From Antedon mediterranea (lineage: Eukaryota; Animalia; Echinodermata): a stretch of 64,000 bases of DNA. The DNA lies in NCBI RefSeq assembly GCF_964355755.1, contig NC_092670.1, positions 18,896,795-18,960,794 on the forward strand, read 5' to 3'. Positions 15,075-28,200 of the stretch are shown in pieces (the first letter of the stretch is position 1; each line of letters begins with the position of its first letter). The position numbers were made by a program, and so were the translations under genes. The notes below the pieces were generated by a model, which worked only from the letters and a program-made list of their open reading frames with translations, was not told the DNA's origin and searched no databases.

Positions 15075-15205
15075 TGACATCCAAGGTATGACCCATGACA
15101 TCCAAGGTATGACCCATGACATCCATGGTATGACCCATGATATTCGAAATATGACCCATGACATCCAAGGTATGACCTATGATTTTCGATGTATGACTCC
15201 ATGGT
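15075..15205 (+). repeat. 21-bp tandem repeat, ~6 copies
   Basis: Unit GACATCCAAGGTATGACCCAT; it explains the GHTLDVM repeat in ORF 14980-15276. Confidence 0.85.
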
Positions 15206-15790
15206 ATTTGATGGATGACAACATGTAAACCGTATAGTCGAATTTCTGGGGAAGATAAAAGGAACAGAGCCTTCATAATGTAGCTTTATGATTCGTGCTG
15301 GTTTACCTAATTACGATCTTGTTTTCTAACACACGTAGCTTTGAAATAAAAACATTCGAAAAAACAAGGTGTTCTGTGGTTGTTTGTGTGGTATATTTTC
15401 TAAATACATTTATACATTTAATTAAACGATAACATTCAGAACAACGTGATGAACTTGTTACTTGATTTTTTGGACCAAAAGAGATTTGTGGATAAGGAGA
15501 ACTTTACCAAGAAGCTGGTCAATTTGTAAAGTTTTATCTGGTGAGCGTGAGGTGATGGTTTCGTGCATAAAATTAAATAGGAAGTGTATTCACCTACATT
15601 ACAATATTATATTTCTGAGCACCAACAACCTGCTTATACACAATACAATACACAATTGTTTTGAAATGAAGTCTTCAGACTTGCAGACGGAAATTACGGT
15701 GTTAGTTTCGTACAGAAAATAGTGAAGATTTTTAAATTTTTCAAGTTTTCAGCAACCATAATTAATAGGCCTCTATAAACTTTAATTTAA

Positions 15791-18638
15791 TTTTCTGTCA
15801 TATTGAAGGGTATTTCAATCAAAACGCGCCAATATTGTGCTATGTTATGAACATTCTAGTTATAAGAACTTTCCTTTAAAATAATATTAGGAACCACTGA
15901 AAAAAAGTATATAAAACATATACTGTATCAAACTTAGCTCAATAACCACTGGACTATTAGTAAACCGACAAAAGACCATTTGACTGACAATTATGGCGTT
16001 AGCATCCATAACAATACATGGAGGTGATTATCAACTTTACTTTTATGAAATTATTTATCTGGAAACAAACACTTATAATGGTACAGAGTTGCTAGATGAC
16101 GAACAAGTTCCACGGCATGGGTAAGACCAGTGCACTGCTGAACGGTATCCATGTACTGCCGGTTTTAGTCCAACCAAAGTCTTCTGGTTATGGAGCATTC
16201 TGCTGTGGCTGTAGACTGGTGGTCCAAATGCTTGCTTGGTATATGGATCTGTTGGAATGCTGTAAAAGTGCATCCTGCAATAAACAATTTAAAGATTGTT
16301 GTCCATTGTCCGTGCCTTTCTTGAAAAAAGATCTTGTCTTAGCTCAGTAACACTTCTTAAAGTACTTGTCGTATAGATGACATGTAAACTCCTCTAGCAA
16401 CTGGAATTGAGATGAGTTGACTCCTAGAGATTTGAAAGGGTGATGTGCCATGAAAAGAAAGGCTTCTGTGACTGCTGGAAATGAGTTCCACGTCTCCCAT
16501 GCGGAGTGTTTTGCTTTTCCGAAGAACTGGGATGTAGTATCGGACCCAGTAAATGCATGAAAAACTGGCAACCCTCTTGACTTATCCTCTCCTAGGTTAT
16601 GGCAGATGGTATTTATATTAAAATATTGGAAGTGCTTACCCATGCCAAATGCGACCCAGATACACGTACCAGGATAACAGGCTATTAGATTGCAGAAAAT
16701 ACCAACCAGGATAACAATGACATCAGTATCAACATTACGCACCAAAATAACCCTGCTACCTTTCTTTAAGGCATCATCAATGTGAATGCACATCCTGGAG
16801 TCGGCCTCTTCATGGTCGCAGATTGACATAGGTTGAGTAGATGTCAACATACAACAGACTCGCCTACAGGACATATATCAAGAATTACTTACTAATTTAA
16901 TATGCCTTTTTAATTAATTATTGGTATGAAACTGTATAAGTAAATTAATCGTTTGGTTACAAACAAAATAAATTAGTAGGTATCATAATAAAACTTACCT
17001 GATGTAATGTAAACTTCTTTGCAGTCAGAGTAATCATGGGTAGACTTTGTAGTTAAAAAGTTAAATAACTCCTCTTTATTTACTGGATCTTTCAGAAAGT
17101 CTGGAAAATTCCCTGGAATCTTTGTTTGTCCCCCAACTTTCCTCTTGACCCCTTTTCGTCTTTTTTCTCCTGTAGACTGCTTAAGACTATCTGTTCTGTA
17201 AGTGTCCCACACTATATCAATTCTGTTACTATTCTGCAGCTGCTGTCTGGTCCACGGTAGAAAGACCTGTCATACAAATGATACAAGAATAACGATCCGC
17301 ATATAGAAGTGACCAATTATGTGGTGGTTAAACAATAGATACAATCCTGAATGCAAAGAATTAATGTACTCACCTTATCACCGTAGTCATCAAATGCATG
17401 GTTGCTGGAAATAGCATGGACAATAGCAGCTCCGTCAAACACCTTTACGTCAAAATATGTAGGAGGTTCAGGCTGGCCTTCAGTCTCCAAATGCTGTAGC
17501 AACTCAGACTTCTTAGTTGGTAGTCGAAGCTTTCCATTTACTGCCAAAGAGGGTGGCCATGGCTGGTTTTCATGCATGAAGAAGTCTTCCAAATCTCCAT
17601 CACGAGATTGACTTGCAATATACAGTCGACTGAATAGGCTGCAGTCACTTTTTAAACTCTTAACTTGTTGCTTTGTTTTGGACACTGATTTTGACCATGG
17701 TGTGTTGAACAACGGCAGCTTATTCTGTTTGATGGCTTGTTGAATTGCAACACTTCTGTCGAGAATAACTTCCTTGAAATATTTTTTGCTACTGGGTAGT
17801 ACATACATCCTGAATTGTACGAACTGTCACTACTGCACTTTCATTGCCACAATCTCGAGCATCCAAGACCAGAAGTTCTGAACAATTATCGAGGAATGGG
17901 TTGCCTGCATTGCTCAGGGAACTGCAAGTGCCGTTCAGCAGGTCTTTCTTGCACTGGTCTTTGTTACCCATGCCGTGAAACTTGTTCGTCATCTAGCAAC
18001 TCTGTACCATTATAAGTGTTTGTTTCCAGATAAATAATTTCATAAAACTAAAGTTGATAATCACCTCCATGTATTGTTATGGATGCTAACGCCATAATTG
18101 TCAGTCAAATGGTCTTTTGTCTGTTTACTTAGTCCAGTGATTATTGAGCGAAGTTTGATACAGTATATGTTTTATATACTTTTTTTCAGTGGTTCCTAAT
18201 ATTATTATAAGGAAAGTAACTGATACAGGATAAATATATATTAGTAGTTCTATTACAAAAATGAATGTTGTTTTTCTTATAACTACAATGTTCATAACAT
18301 AGCCCAATATTGGCGCGTTTTGATTGAAATCCCCTTCAATATGACAGAAAATGGCATTATTTGACCTATATATTCCGTCTGAAGAGAAATCATATATTTT
18401 ATATGTGTATTGCAATGTACATGTCATGAGCTTTAGTTTGATACCAAACTTGGTATGTATATACGAAGATTTAAGTTTTCACCTAATTACGTAATACTAA
18501 AAAAAGGGCGTGGTCCAAATGACGTCGTTAAATTGTTCCAATTTTTGGGCACCCCTTCTAGGATTGTTAGATATACCCTAAAGAAGGTTTGTGCCAAATT
18601 TGGTGCTTTTTTCACAAAATGCGGGCAAAATGCACAAT
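15791..18638. mobile_element. Rearranged remnant of a repeat element encoding a PIN/FEN1-XPG-like nuclease plus C-terminal CXC domain; two 3' ends in inverted orientation
   Basis: 15791-16145 is the reverse complement of about 17931-18351 (with indels). The right arm continues to a likely terminus ...GCCAAATTTGGTGCTTTTTTCACAAAATG..CAAAATGCACAAT at about 18638. The decayed CDS lies between the arms. Confidence 0.7.
16073..17910 (-). pseudogene. Decayed spliced CDS of a transposon-associated PIN-like nuclease
   Basis: Motifs in order: GNPFLD, LFSRLYIASQSRDGDLEDFFMHENQPWPPSL, DGAAIVH, RIDIVWDTY, NKEELFNFL, CDHEEADSR, DTDV, FHAFTGSDTTS (H3TH-like GxD) and LLQHSNRSIYQASIW. Frameshifts and stops are present. 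GT-AG introns at about 17373-17267 and 16998-16864, plus an acceptor at about 16275. Confidence 0.8.
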
Positions 18639-19292
18639 CTTCATAAAAAAAATGGAAGTTAGCAACCCTGCTATTCCCTCTGCTTCACAGTGGGCTCTCA
18701 TTCTATTCTAGTGGAACTCCTATTTACAAGGGATGGGTCGAAGGAAAGTGACCATTAAAAATAGACCGGCTCGGCTCTTCACACAAATGACGTTAGGCCT
18801 ATATCATATTTATTTAAAGGGCCATCTCAAAACGATCAATTTTATTGAACATTATTATCCCTATTATTACAAACAATTTTAAACCGAAAATCAAAATTGT
18901 TTTATAAATTATTAAATTTTACGATATAGAACATAGAGATATTAATACTAATAGGCAGGATGTATAGTATAACGACTAAATATTTGCTAACTTACACCCG
19001 CATTGGTTAAATACATTTAAGTACAGACTATTCTAGTATAACAAAAATATTGTATTTATTTAATTAATAAATATTATAATTTAGTTTTTAGTACGTCAAC
19101 AACTTTGCCTACGTACAGTAGGTGTGTTTACAACACGACGTTTACATTTTAAATTGGGCTTCGATACGCATGACTAAATCGCGTAACCAAAACAACAATT
19201 TATTGGTGGTGGTTGATTGAGTAAAATGATAATTTCTTTTTGAATTAATAATTATGTTTTTACAAATAAAGTAACTTTTAAAATATATCTCA

Positions 19293-22200
19293 ATGGATCA
19301 ACGAGGATTTAGGTTTGTATTTATTTATATCTCATTATATAATTGTATGTAATTCTTTCTTAAAACACAATCTAGCCTAGCTAGACCTAGCTAGGCTACT
19401 CTATCTAGCTTAGTAGCCTCCTTAGCTAGCGTACGCACAGCAGCAGGAGGCGGGTCAGGCTTTTATTAGTAGGCGTACTCAACTCAACTTGCTGTGGTCC
19501 GTGGCCTATATATTAGAGGCCTAGGATAGGCTATCTATAATTGTTATTCCTGTTTCGTCATTTGATTAATTGCAGCAGTACAGACTCCTACTAGCTAGGC
19601 CTAGGGGGCCTAGGCTAGTTAGGGCCAAGAAAGAAGATTTCTTGCATTTTTTTTTCCATTTTATTTTATAATAATTTGTACAATATTCATACTCATCTTT
19701 TTTACTACAGACCCAGTAGTGCACGACCTCAGTACCGCAATGCATACTCAAACTATGGAAATCATGATAATAAAGAAGAAGAAAATGAATTAATTAGACG
19801 TCTTGCGTTATTGGGGGATAGGGAATATGGAGTTGAAGAAGAAGAAGAAGAAGAAGTGGAGGAGGAAGAAGAAGATGAAGAGAATGAACAAAGAGAAAGT
19901 TCTGACAATAATTCTAAAACCAATGGAAGCAGGTAGGATAGATTAGTAAACGAGATAATCATAATTATTAATATAAAATAATATTTTTATTGTTGTTTGT
20001 TATTTGAAGACAAGTAGTAATGTACTTAAGAAGCACTGACAATTTTCACTAAACATGTAAATCCATATGATGATAATGCATATAATAGCATAATTATTAC
20101 ATAAGATACTGAAGTTTGTTGAAAAGGAAATATTGTAAAGAATATACTGTACCCCAGCAGCTTAGAATGGATTTGAACCTTTGAACCCAAAAACCCAGTA
20201 TTAGATCTATCTTACTACAAAATTATTAATATCTATACCAAGGCACTCCAACCATGTTTTACTGGTAATCTAAATCGTTTATTGTATCTTACAGAGTATT
20301 CCTAACTCAATCAAAAGATGAACTGTCAAGTCGTCGAAAACCTCTCCAGCGAAACCCCCAATTGGCACGAATACGAACACGAAAACTTGACCGTGAATCC
20401 AGGCCAGGCTGGTCAGATGTGTCCACACGGGATGTAGCCCCTACACCGGATATGTACGTCACAGATGTGAACCAAACTCATGATGCAATCGTAAGTCAAC
20501 ATAGATTTTGATTCAGATTATACTATGGTAAAATACAGTTACTGAGCTACACTATGGCTGTCATTTAACTTGTTGTAAATTTCACAATGCATTGGGAATG
20601 AGAATAGAAGAAGAAAAAAAGCAGGACGACGTTTGTATTCACTGATTGTATCATGATTTAAGTTTATGGGTGAATTCAGGCTTAGTAACTTACCCAGATA
20701 ACTTGTATCTGCCAATAAGTTTCCATTTCCATTTATCTCTTATAATAAATCTTTCTTAAAACTGTAAATTAGGATAGTGTTAGATAAATTGTTATTTTTA
20801 AACTTTTATATTTTTATACCATTTATTTTAAGGATTCTTTTGATGTAATTTCTATGTTCTTTATCAGTTCCTTGTTTTTAGGACCCAAGTGGAAATAAGT
20901 TTTTAACTTTTCTTGGCATTCCTTGTAATCAAGGCTTGTGTTTCTGTGCAATTGTTTTTTCTACTTTTTATGCATTGTATTTTATTGTGTTTTAACCTTG
21001 ATTACTAAATAAAGAAATTCAAAATTCAAAATTCAAAATCCATGAAGTCAACTTAGTGAGTAAATTAACCTGAACCCACATTTCCTAGTATTCTCAACAC
21101 ACCAAATTCAAAAACAATTTTTAACATACACACATTATAGAGAATATATATATAGACATACAGTATTTACATTTGTTGCTATTCAAACAATTCACTGGAC
21201 TGTGGTTGTTTGAAGAATACAAAAGTAACTAGTAACCAATACCTGAAGCTGTAAAAAAAAACTGAAATTAATGATCTAGCTTAAGCTCTGTCTACACTAT
21301 CAAACTTTATGTTTGTGCCCATATATGATGATGTCCTATCACTAGTATGTTTGGGCATATCACTACCACATTTGGGCCCATCACACTTTTTTTGTCAAAC
21401 TAGTTTGATAGTATAGACAGAGCTTTACCATGCATTTTTTTTTGTTAACAGAGAGCAAGAGACATGCGTGCTGCATTTAATGAAGGACAGAGCTCGGCTG
21501 ATTGGCTAAATACTCACAGTGTGGACACATTCAAGTTAACTCTCAAAGATTTACTTGCTAAAGGAGTTATAAGAAAGTAAGTTTATAGGCACTTGTTGTT
21601 TGTGTATAGATATTGTCACACAGAAAAGAGCATGATTCGATCTTCGATGATTGACCACTTGACCACTATTCTTTTTTTAAATATTTCTTTCTAGTTTACA
21701 ATTTTTATGCATTATATGGATTTAAATTTGTAATGGTTAATTCATTTTTATAGTCCTACCAATGCTGTTGTGTCTAAAGGTCAACACCTTCAGTTTGAAG
21801 CCAGTCTTGTGAATGAGTTTGAGTACAAGTTATATGAGTAAGTTCAACAGCTAAATAATAATGACAGCAATGTGTTGAATGACACTATTTTAGTTAATTA
21901 ATTTGCATACATATATAGTAGTGCTGCCAGGAATTTGTTATATCATATTTAGCATACCTGAATAAACCAGCATAGGCCTATGGTCTAGAGGAGAACAAAA
22001 CTGAAAAAGTAACGACAACTTGGAACACCCCTCCAAAGACAAATTAAACCATAAATAAATATTAACGTTTGATTGTTATGAGATTTTGTTTGCTTTTCAG
22101 AGCTATAGAAATGTATCACAATCGAATAAAATGGCTTCTACAAGGCAGCAGAAAGGTAAAATATAAAACTAAATTAATTGTTATAGAAAATGATATGAAA

Positions 22201-25200
22201 AGAAAAATAAATAATATGTCCATGCACACTTTGACCAATAGTTGCTCTGATTGGAGACGTCTTGCTAAGGTCACTATGTCGCAAGACATTCAAAATTAGT
22301 GATGGTGATGATGACTTGTTATTTTTATAATGATTCTTAATTGAAAAACCTTCAGATTGGTAAGATTATTTGGTCTGTTTTGTAATTGATAAATCCGTAT
22401 TGCCACAGGTATTTGGTATGGTAAAAGGAAACAAAGTAGCAGTAATGGTTGACACCTCTGATGCTAATTGTGGATTTGGACGATTGGACCATTTCCGACG
22501 ATGTTTAACTGTGAGTGTCAAATTATTTCCATTTCAACAGATTGCTGGTCATTAGCCAGTCTGATGCTGAACACAGTAGACGACCCTGATCAATTTTAGA
22601 ATATTAGGTAATGCGAGAGGAAGGTCAGACCAAAATTTTAAATAATGATAAAATGAAATGCTGAAAACCTCACGTGGATCCACATTCAGTTGTGGTAATG
22701 CCTGAGGCCCATGGTTTAGGGACCCTAAGTGACCTTCCAACCTGCGTGACATATTTTAATGCCTGTTTTTTTCTTATGGGCCTTATGGGTTTAGCCAATG
22801 ATCGCTCGACATTATTATTTTCCATCATAATGAGATCCCATATAAATACATTTTTCTTATTGTTTACAGGAACTAATAGACGATCAGCTTCACTCAAAGG
22901 AGATGCTTTACTTTCAGTCATTTGCAACGAATGTCACATCATCATGGGATTCTCCCAGGTTTACTAACATCAGAGTGTAAGTCCACAATGATTTCAATTG
23001 TCATATATTTAAGCAAGGTTTTTGTTAAAAATCATCTGCATAAAAAAAAAGTGGCCATTTGGAGCGCACAATTTAAGAAAGCCTCTAGAATCGAACAAAT
23101 AGATGAGACCGAAACCGAACTAGTAGCAAAGAAGTCTCGGTCTTAACAAAACCACTGATTTTGAGTAAGTTTTCAGTTTACAATTCTCAATTGTTGTCAC
23201 TGTCTTTAGGTTGAATGAAGCAAGAGGTTGGGTGAACAGCTTAGTTGGAGGTGGAGGGTGTAACCTTATGTTGGCTCTCAAGGCCATAGCAAGAGTACCT
23301 GATGTTGATTCAATTGTACTTGTCTTAGGAAGCTGGTATGTAATCTTCTATTCATTGTATCCCTGGTTTTGTCATAATTATATACAGCAGTGCTGCTATT
23401 AATAGGAAAACCTTTTGTACTCAACAAAGGGCCCGTTTATAGAACACGCTAAATCAACACGGTTCTACGTTGGCGTGTTGTATAGATAGAAATGGATTCC
23501 GTGTAATTACAAAACCACCTGGAAAGGCTACTTGAGGACCTGCCAAATTTGCCGGTTGGTGAGTTGAAGTAGCCTTAGTGTATAGCCATAATGTCGCCAT
23601 AAAGGGGTTAACCATGTATTAAAACATATTTCCCCATAGTCATTTCACTGAAAAGTTGCCTAAACCTTTATAAATAATTAGTTACCAAAGGTTTGTGAAG
23701 ATTTGGTTTTATTTTTGTATTTCAGTCCAGACCAAAGCTCGGAGGTAATGATAGATTATGTACAACAGCTGCTAGTCGGTAAAAACGTCTCTATCAATAC
23801 AGTGGCTTATGATTGCAATAACCACCTCACAAATGTAAGAAATCATTATTATTGATATTAAATGTTATTGGCTATGGTTGAGTGGATATTCCTACAATAC
23901 ATTCTGGATCGAACAGATTTGTTGAACTGTGTCTTTCTAACATCGATGAGACAACCCATAAGTGGATGTTTATATTCACTTTTAGGATTATAATAATTTT
24001 TTTTATTTATATTGAAATATTTAAAACATTTTTGCATTACAAGAAAATAAGTTAGTAAAAAGTAAATTTTTAATATTTTATCAAATTAAAATGATATATA
24101 TATATATTATTTTGACAATTAAGTATCAGTGAATATTAATGATTTTTAGTTGTCAAAGTTATTTATTATTCATAAAGATTGTTAAATAGTGTATAAAAAT
24201 AGTAAATAATATGAATGTATGAAATTTAAAAAAAAACACCTTTTTTTTAAAGTGACAATAGTTTAATAATTAATTATTCTCTTCACACATAGATGACATT
24301 GAGGCGTCTTGCGGAGGTAACAGGAGGTCGTTACCATGTGTACGCTTCAAGTTCAGTTGTAAGTTAACAGCAAATGTGATATTTTAATTTTAGAATTCTA
24401 TTAATAAATTCTATGAATATTGTGAATATGTGGTTTTTTAACTTGGAACAGTTTCTTTATAAAGTTCATCCAATTTCAATACTGTTGGTTACCACTAGAA
24501 AAAGAGAACAGCATATAACTAGCATCAAATAGTGATTCTAATTAACCAAAGAATTAATTAATCTAAGAAATCTGCTCCTCAAAACCTGGTTCTAAAATTG
24601 ATAATGGTATATAATGTATAATGGTTTCAGGGTTAAAGGACAGTGACTTATTTAAAGCCATTAACATCTTAACATTTGGAGTCTAGCAGTACAGAGGTAT
24701 TGCTTAAGAGAAAAATATGTCAATGAACTTCCAAAATCATGTGCTAATTATTATATTTATTTGATTAGGAACAAATTTACACTGGGACAGACATTACATT
24801 GCTTCTTAGAGAGATTAAAGTAGCCCAGGATGTAATCAACAAGATACAGGAGATGAGACAAGGCATGGTGGGAGATGCTCTCGTCAGCATCCTTAATGAG
24901 GTACAGTAAATAAAGAAATTATTGTAATTTATAATCTCCATCAAAATAAAAGATAAATGATGTAAAAGGAAACAAATTGCACTTATTATTCAGCAGGTTC
25001 CTAATATTTATTACTTTATTTTTATGAACTTGTTATGAAGAACTTAAAAATGGCCGTTATTTTCATACAAACATGCAATATCTAAAAAAAAATGCAGGCC
25101 AAAACATTTTACATAACAATAATATCAACAATTGCAGTAAGTTAAAGTCATAAAAATGTATTTTAAATTTTTCCTAAACCTAATAAAAATACCTTAATTA

Positions 25201-28200
25201 GCCCATGGACCTAATTTATAGGTTCATGATTAGCCTCAGTCATTTGGGGTAGAAACCTCGCGTCTTCAAAGGGTTAAATAAAGGTTTATAGTACAGTAAT
25301 ATATCTATATATATTTTCTTTTTAGATTTCATTAGAGGTACAGAAGCTGCCCCAGTCACGATTTCTCCCAAGACCTCCAAACCACACTGGAGCTTTGACA
25401 ATTCAAGAACAACCATTCCATCCCAAAAGCTCAGAAGACTGGCTTAAACAAAATGGCTTAAAGGGTAGACTAACTAATGCATTTTCATATAAAATAAATA
25501 TAAATTGTTAAAGTTTTTTAGCTCTGTTACATACAATCAAGAGTTTAAGGCAAGTGTGTATAATGCCCTACATATACTACCAATTAGAAGAAATTAACAG
25601 TATATAAGTCACTTTAGGCAATTTTCAAAATCAATTTTTTTAAAGTGTGTTTTGTTGGTGTTTTTATACTGTACAATGAATACATCTCTGATTGCTCTTA
25701 CAGCTAAGAAGCTAAGCTTATACCAAATTATGGCACCAAATGCATTTGCTCCTATCGAAGAATTCATTCCAGTAATAAGAAAGTCAGTCAGGTCAACTTT
25801 ACATGAGGTAAGACTATTTGAAGTAACAAACAAATCCTATTACCTTGACTTACCTTGGTAAATACCTCAAATACACTCTTTAAAGCTCTGTCTACACTAT
25901 CAAACTTTATGTGATGTGCCCATATATGGACATGATGGTGTTATATCACTACCATATTTGGGGACATCAAACTTTTTTGTCAAACTTGTTTGATAGTGTA
26001 GATGAGATTAAGCCATAAAAATGTGCCACTTTTTCTCGCAGAAAGCAATGACACAATTTGAATGGCACGATGGCTCCATCAGGAATGTCCATGTGGATCC
26101 TGCTCAACTCTTTGATTATCAGAAACAGCTTGGAGCTATTGTCAAACTATATGAAAAGAGAGTTGATTGGCTATCCAGAGACAGTAGACGTTTATTTGGA
26201 ACCATTACTGAGAAAAGGTACAGATTTAACAGGGGTTATACCGCTAACAAATATACAATACACTAGTATTTTCTTAGAAACTTTGATTTATTATTTAATT
26301 TATATACTGTGATGTAGTCTACTGTAATGTAGTCAGGGAAATGCTGTAAATAAGCCAGCTGATTTGTCCTAATCTGAGGTTATAATAGTCATTGCTTAGT
26401 ATATTGAGAACCAAAAAGACACACAACTGCAAGATCAAAATCCTTGGAGCTAAGCTAAGATTAGCTTGACTCAAGTTATTTGTTTTCTGCAGAATTGTGA
26501 TGATGGTAGATTTATCAGCCTCTAACATCAATTACTTGGTACACATTCAACATTCATTAAGAATTCTCTTGGAACAACAGCTCTCCAACAAACAGTCTTT
26601 TAACATCATTGGGTATGTATTAAACATTATTTGATATATGTATTAATGTATTATTAATAGATTTATAAGAGTATTGGAAAACTTTGTAGAAGAGCTATTA
26701 AAACATTGTAAACCTATTAATTCTATTGTTGTTCAGATTTGGAAGTGAAGCCCACTGCTGGAAGCCATGTCTACAAGAACCTACAGAAAAGAACCTTCAA
26801 AGTGCATGGAAGTAGGTCATCAGAAATAATTACACATTTTTAATGTAAATAACAGTAGATTTATAATGTGTCATGTACAAGGTGGAAAAACACTGATGTA
26901 ATATAGATAACAAGAATATAAAAATGGCAAATGGGTTTATATTATTGTGTTGTATTCAGATGGATTCTCGGTCTTGAATGTGGTGGTAGTCGAAATTTCA
27001 TGGCAGCCCTTCGTCTTTCGATGGAAACGGAAGAAGATCACAAGAAAATGGCAGGTAAGAAATTAAAGTGTGAAGTGAAGCATACTGTATCAGCAAACCT
27101 TCTATCATTATCACTTCTTCATTCATCAACTGTTTTGTTATCAAAGTTAATGTGAAATCAAACAGCAATTTTATTATTAGTCCAGCAGTCAAATGCCTAT
27201 CTTTTATTTTATTATTAGTCCAGCAGTCAAATGCCTATCTTTTATTTTATTATTAGTTCAGCAGTCAAATGCCTATCTTTTATTTTATTATTAGTCCAGC
27301 AGTCAAATGCCTATCTTTTATTTTATTATTAGTTCAGCAGTCAAATGCCTATCTTTTATTTTATTATTAGTTCAGCAGTCAAATGCCTATCTTTTATTTT
27401 ATTATTAGTCCAGCAGTCAAATGCCTATCTTTTATTTTATTATTAGTCCAGCAGTCAAATGCCTATCTTTTATTTTATTATTAGTCCAGCAGTCAAATGC
27501 CTATCTTTTATTTTATTATTAGTCCAGCAGTCAAATGCCTATCTTTTATTTTATTATTAGTCCAGCAGTCAAATGCCTATCTTTTATTTTATTATTAGTT
27601 CAGCAGTCAAATGCCTATCTTTTATTTTATTATTAGTCCAGCAGTCAAATGCCTATCTTTTATTTTATTATTAGTTCAGCAGTCAAATGCCTATCTTTTA
27701 TTTTATTATTAGTCCAGCAGTCAAATGCCTATCTTTTATTTTATTATTAGTCCAGCAGTCAAATGCCTATCTTTTATTTTATTATTAGTCCAGCAGTCAA
27801 ATGCCTATCTTTTATTTTATTATTAGTCCAGCAGTCAAATGCCTATCTTTTATTTTATTATTAGTCCAGCAGTCAAATGCCTATCTTTTATTTTATTATT
27901 AGTCCAGCAGTCAAATGCCTATCTTTTATTTTATTATTAGTCCAGCAGTCAAATACCTATCTTTTATTTTATTATTAGTCCAGCAGTCAAATGCCTATCT
28001 TTTATTTTATTATTAGTCCAGCAGTCAAATGCCTATCTTTTATTTTATTATTAGTTCAGCAGTCAAATGCCTATCTTTTATTTTATTATTAGTCCAGCAG
28101 TCAAATGCCTATCTTTTATTTTATTATTAGTCCAGCAGTCAAATGCCTATCTTTTATTTTATTATTAGTTCAGCAGTCAAATGCCTATCTTTTATTTTAT

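Noticed and set aside
19762-19962. Poly-Ser ORF on the minus strand
   Set aside because: Antisense shadow of the Glu-rich VWA3A exon 2.
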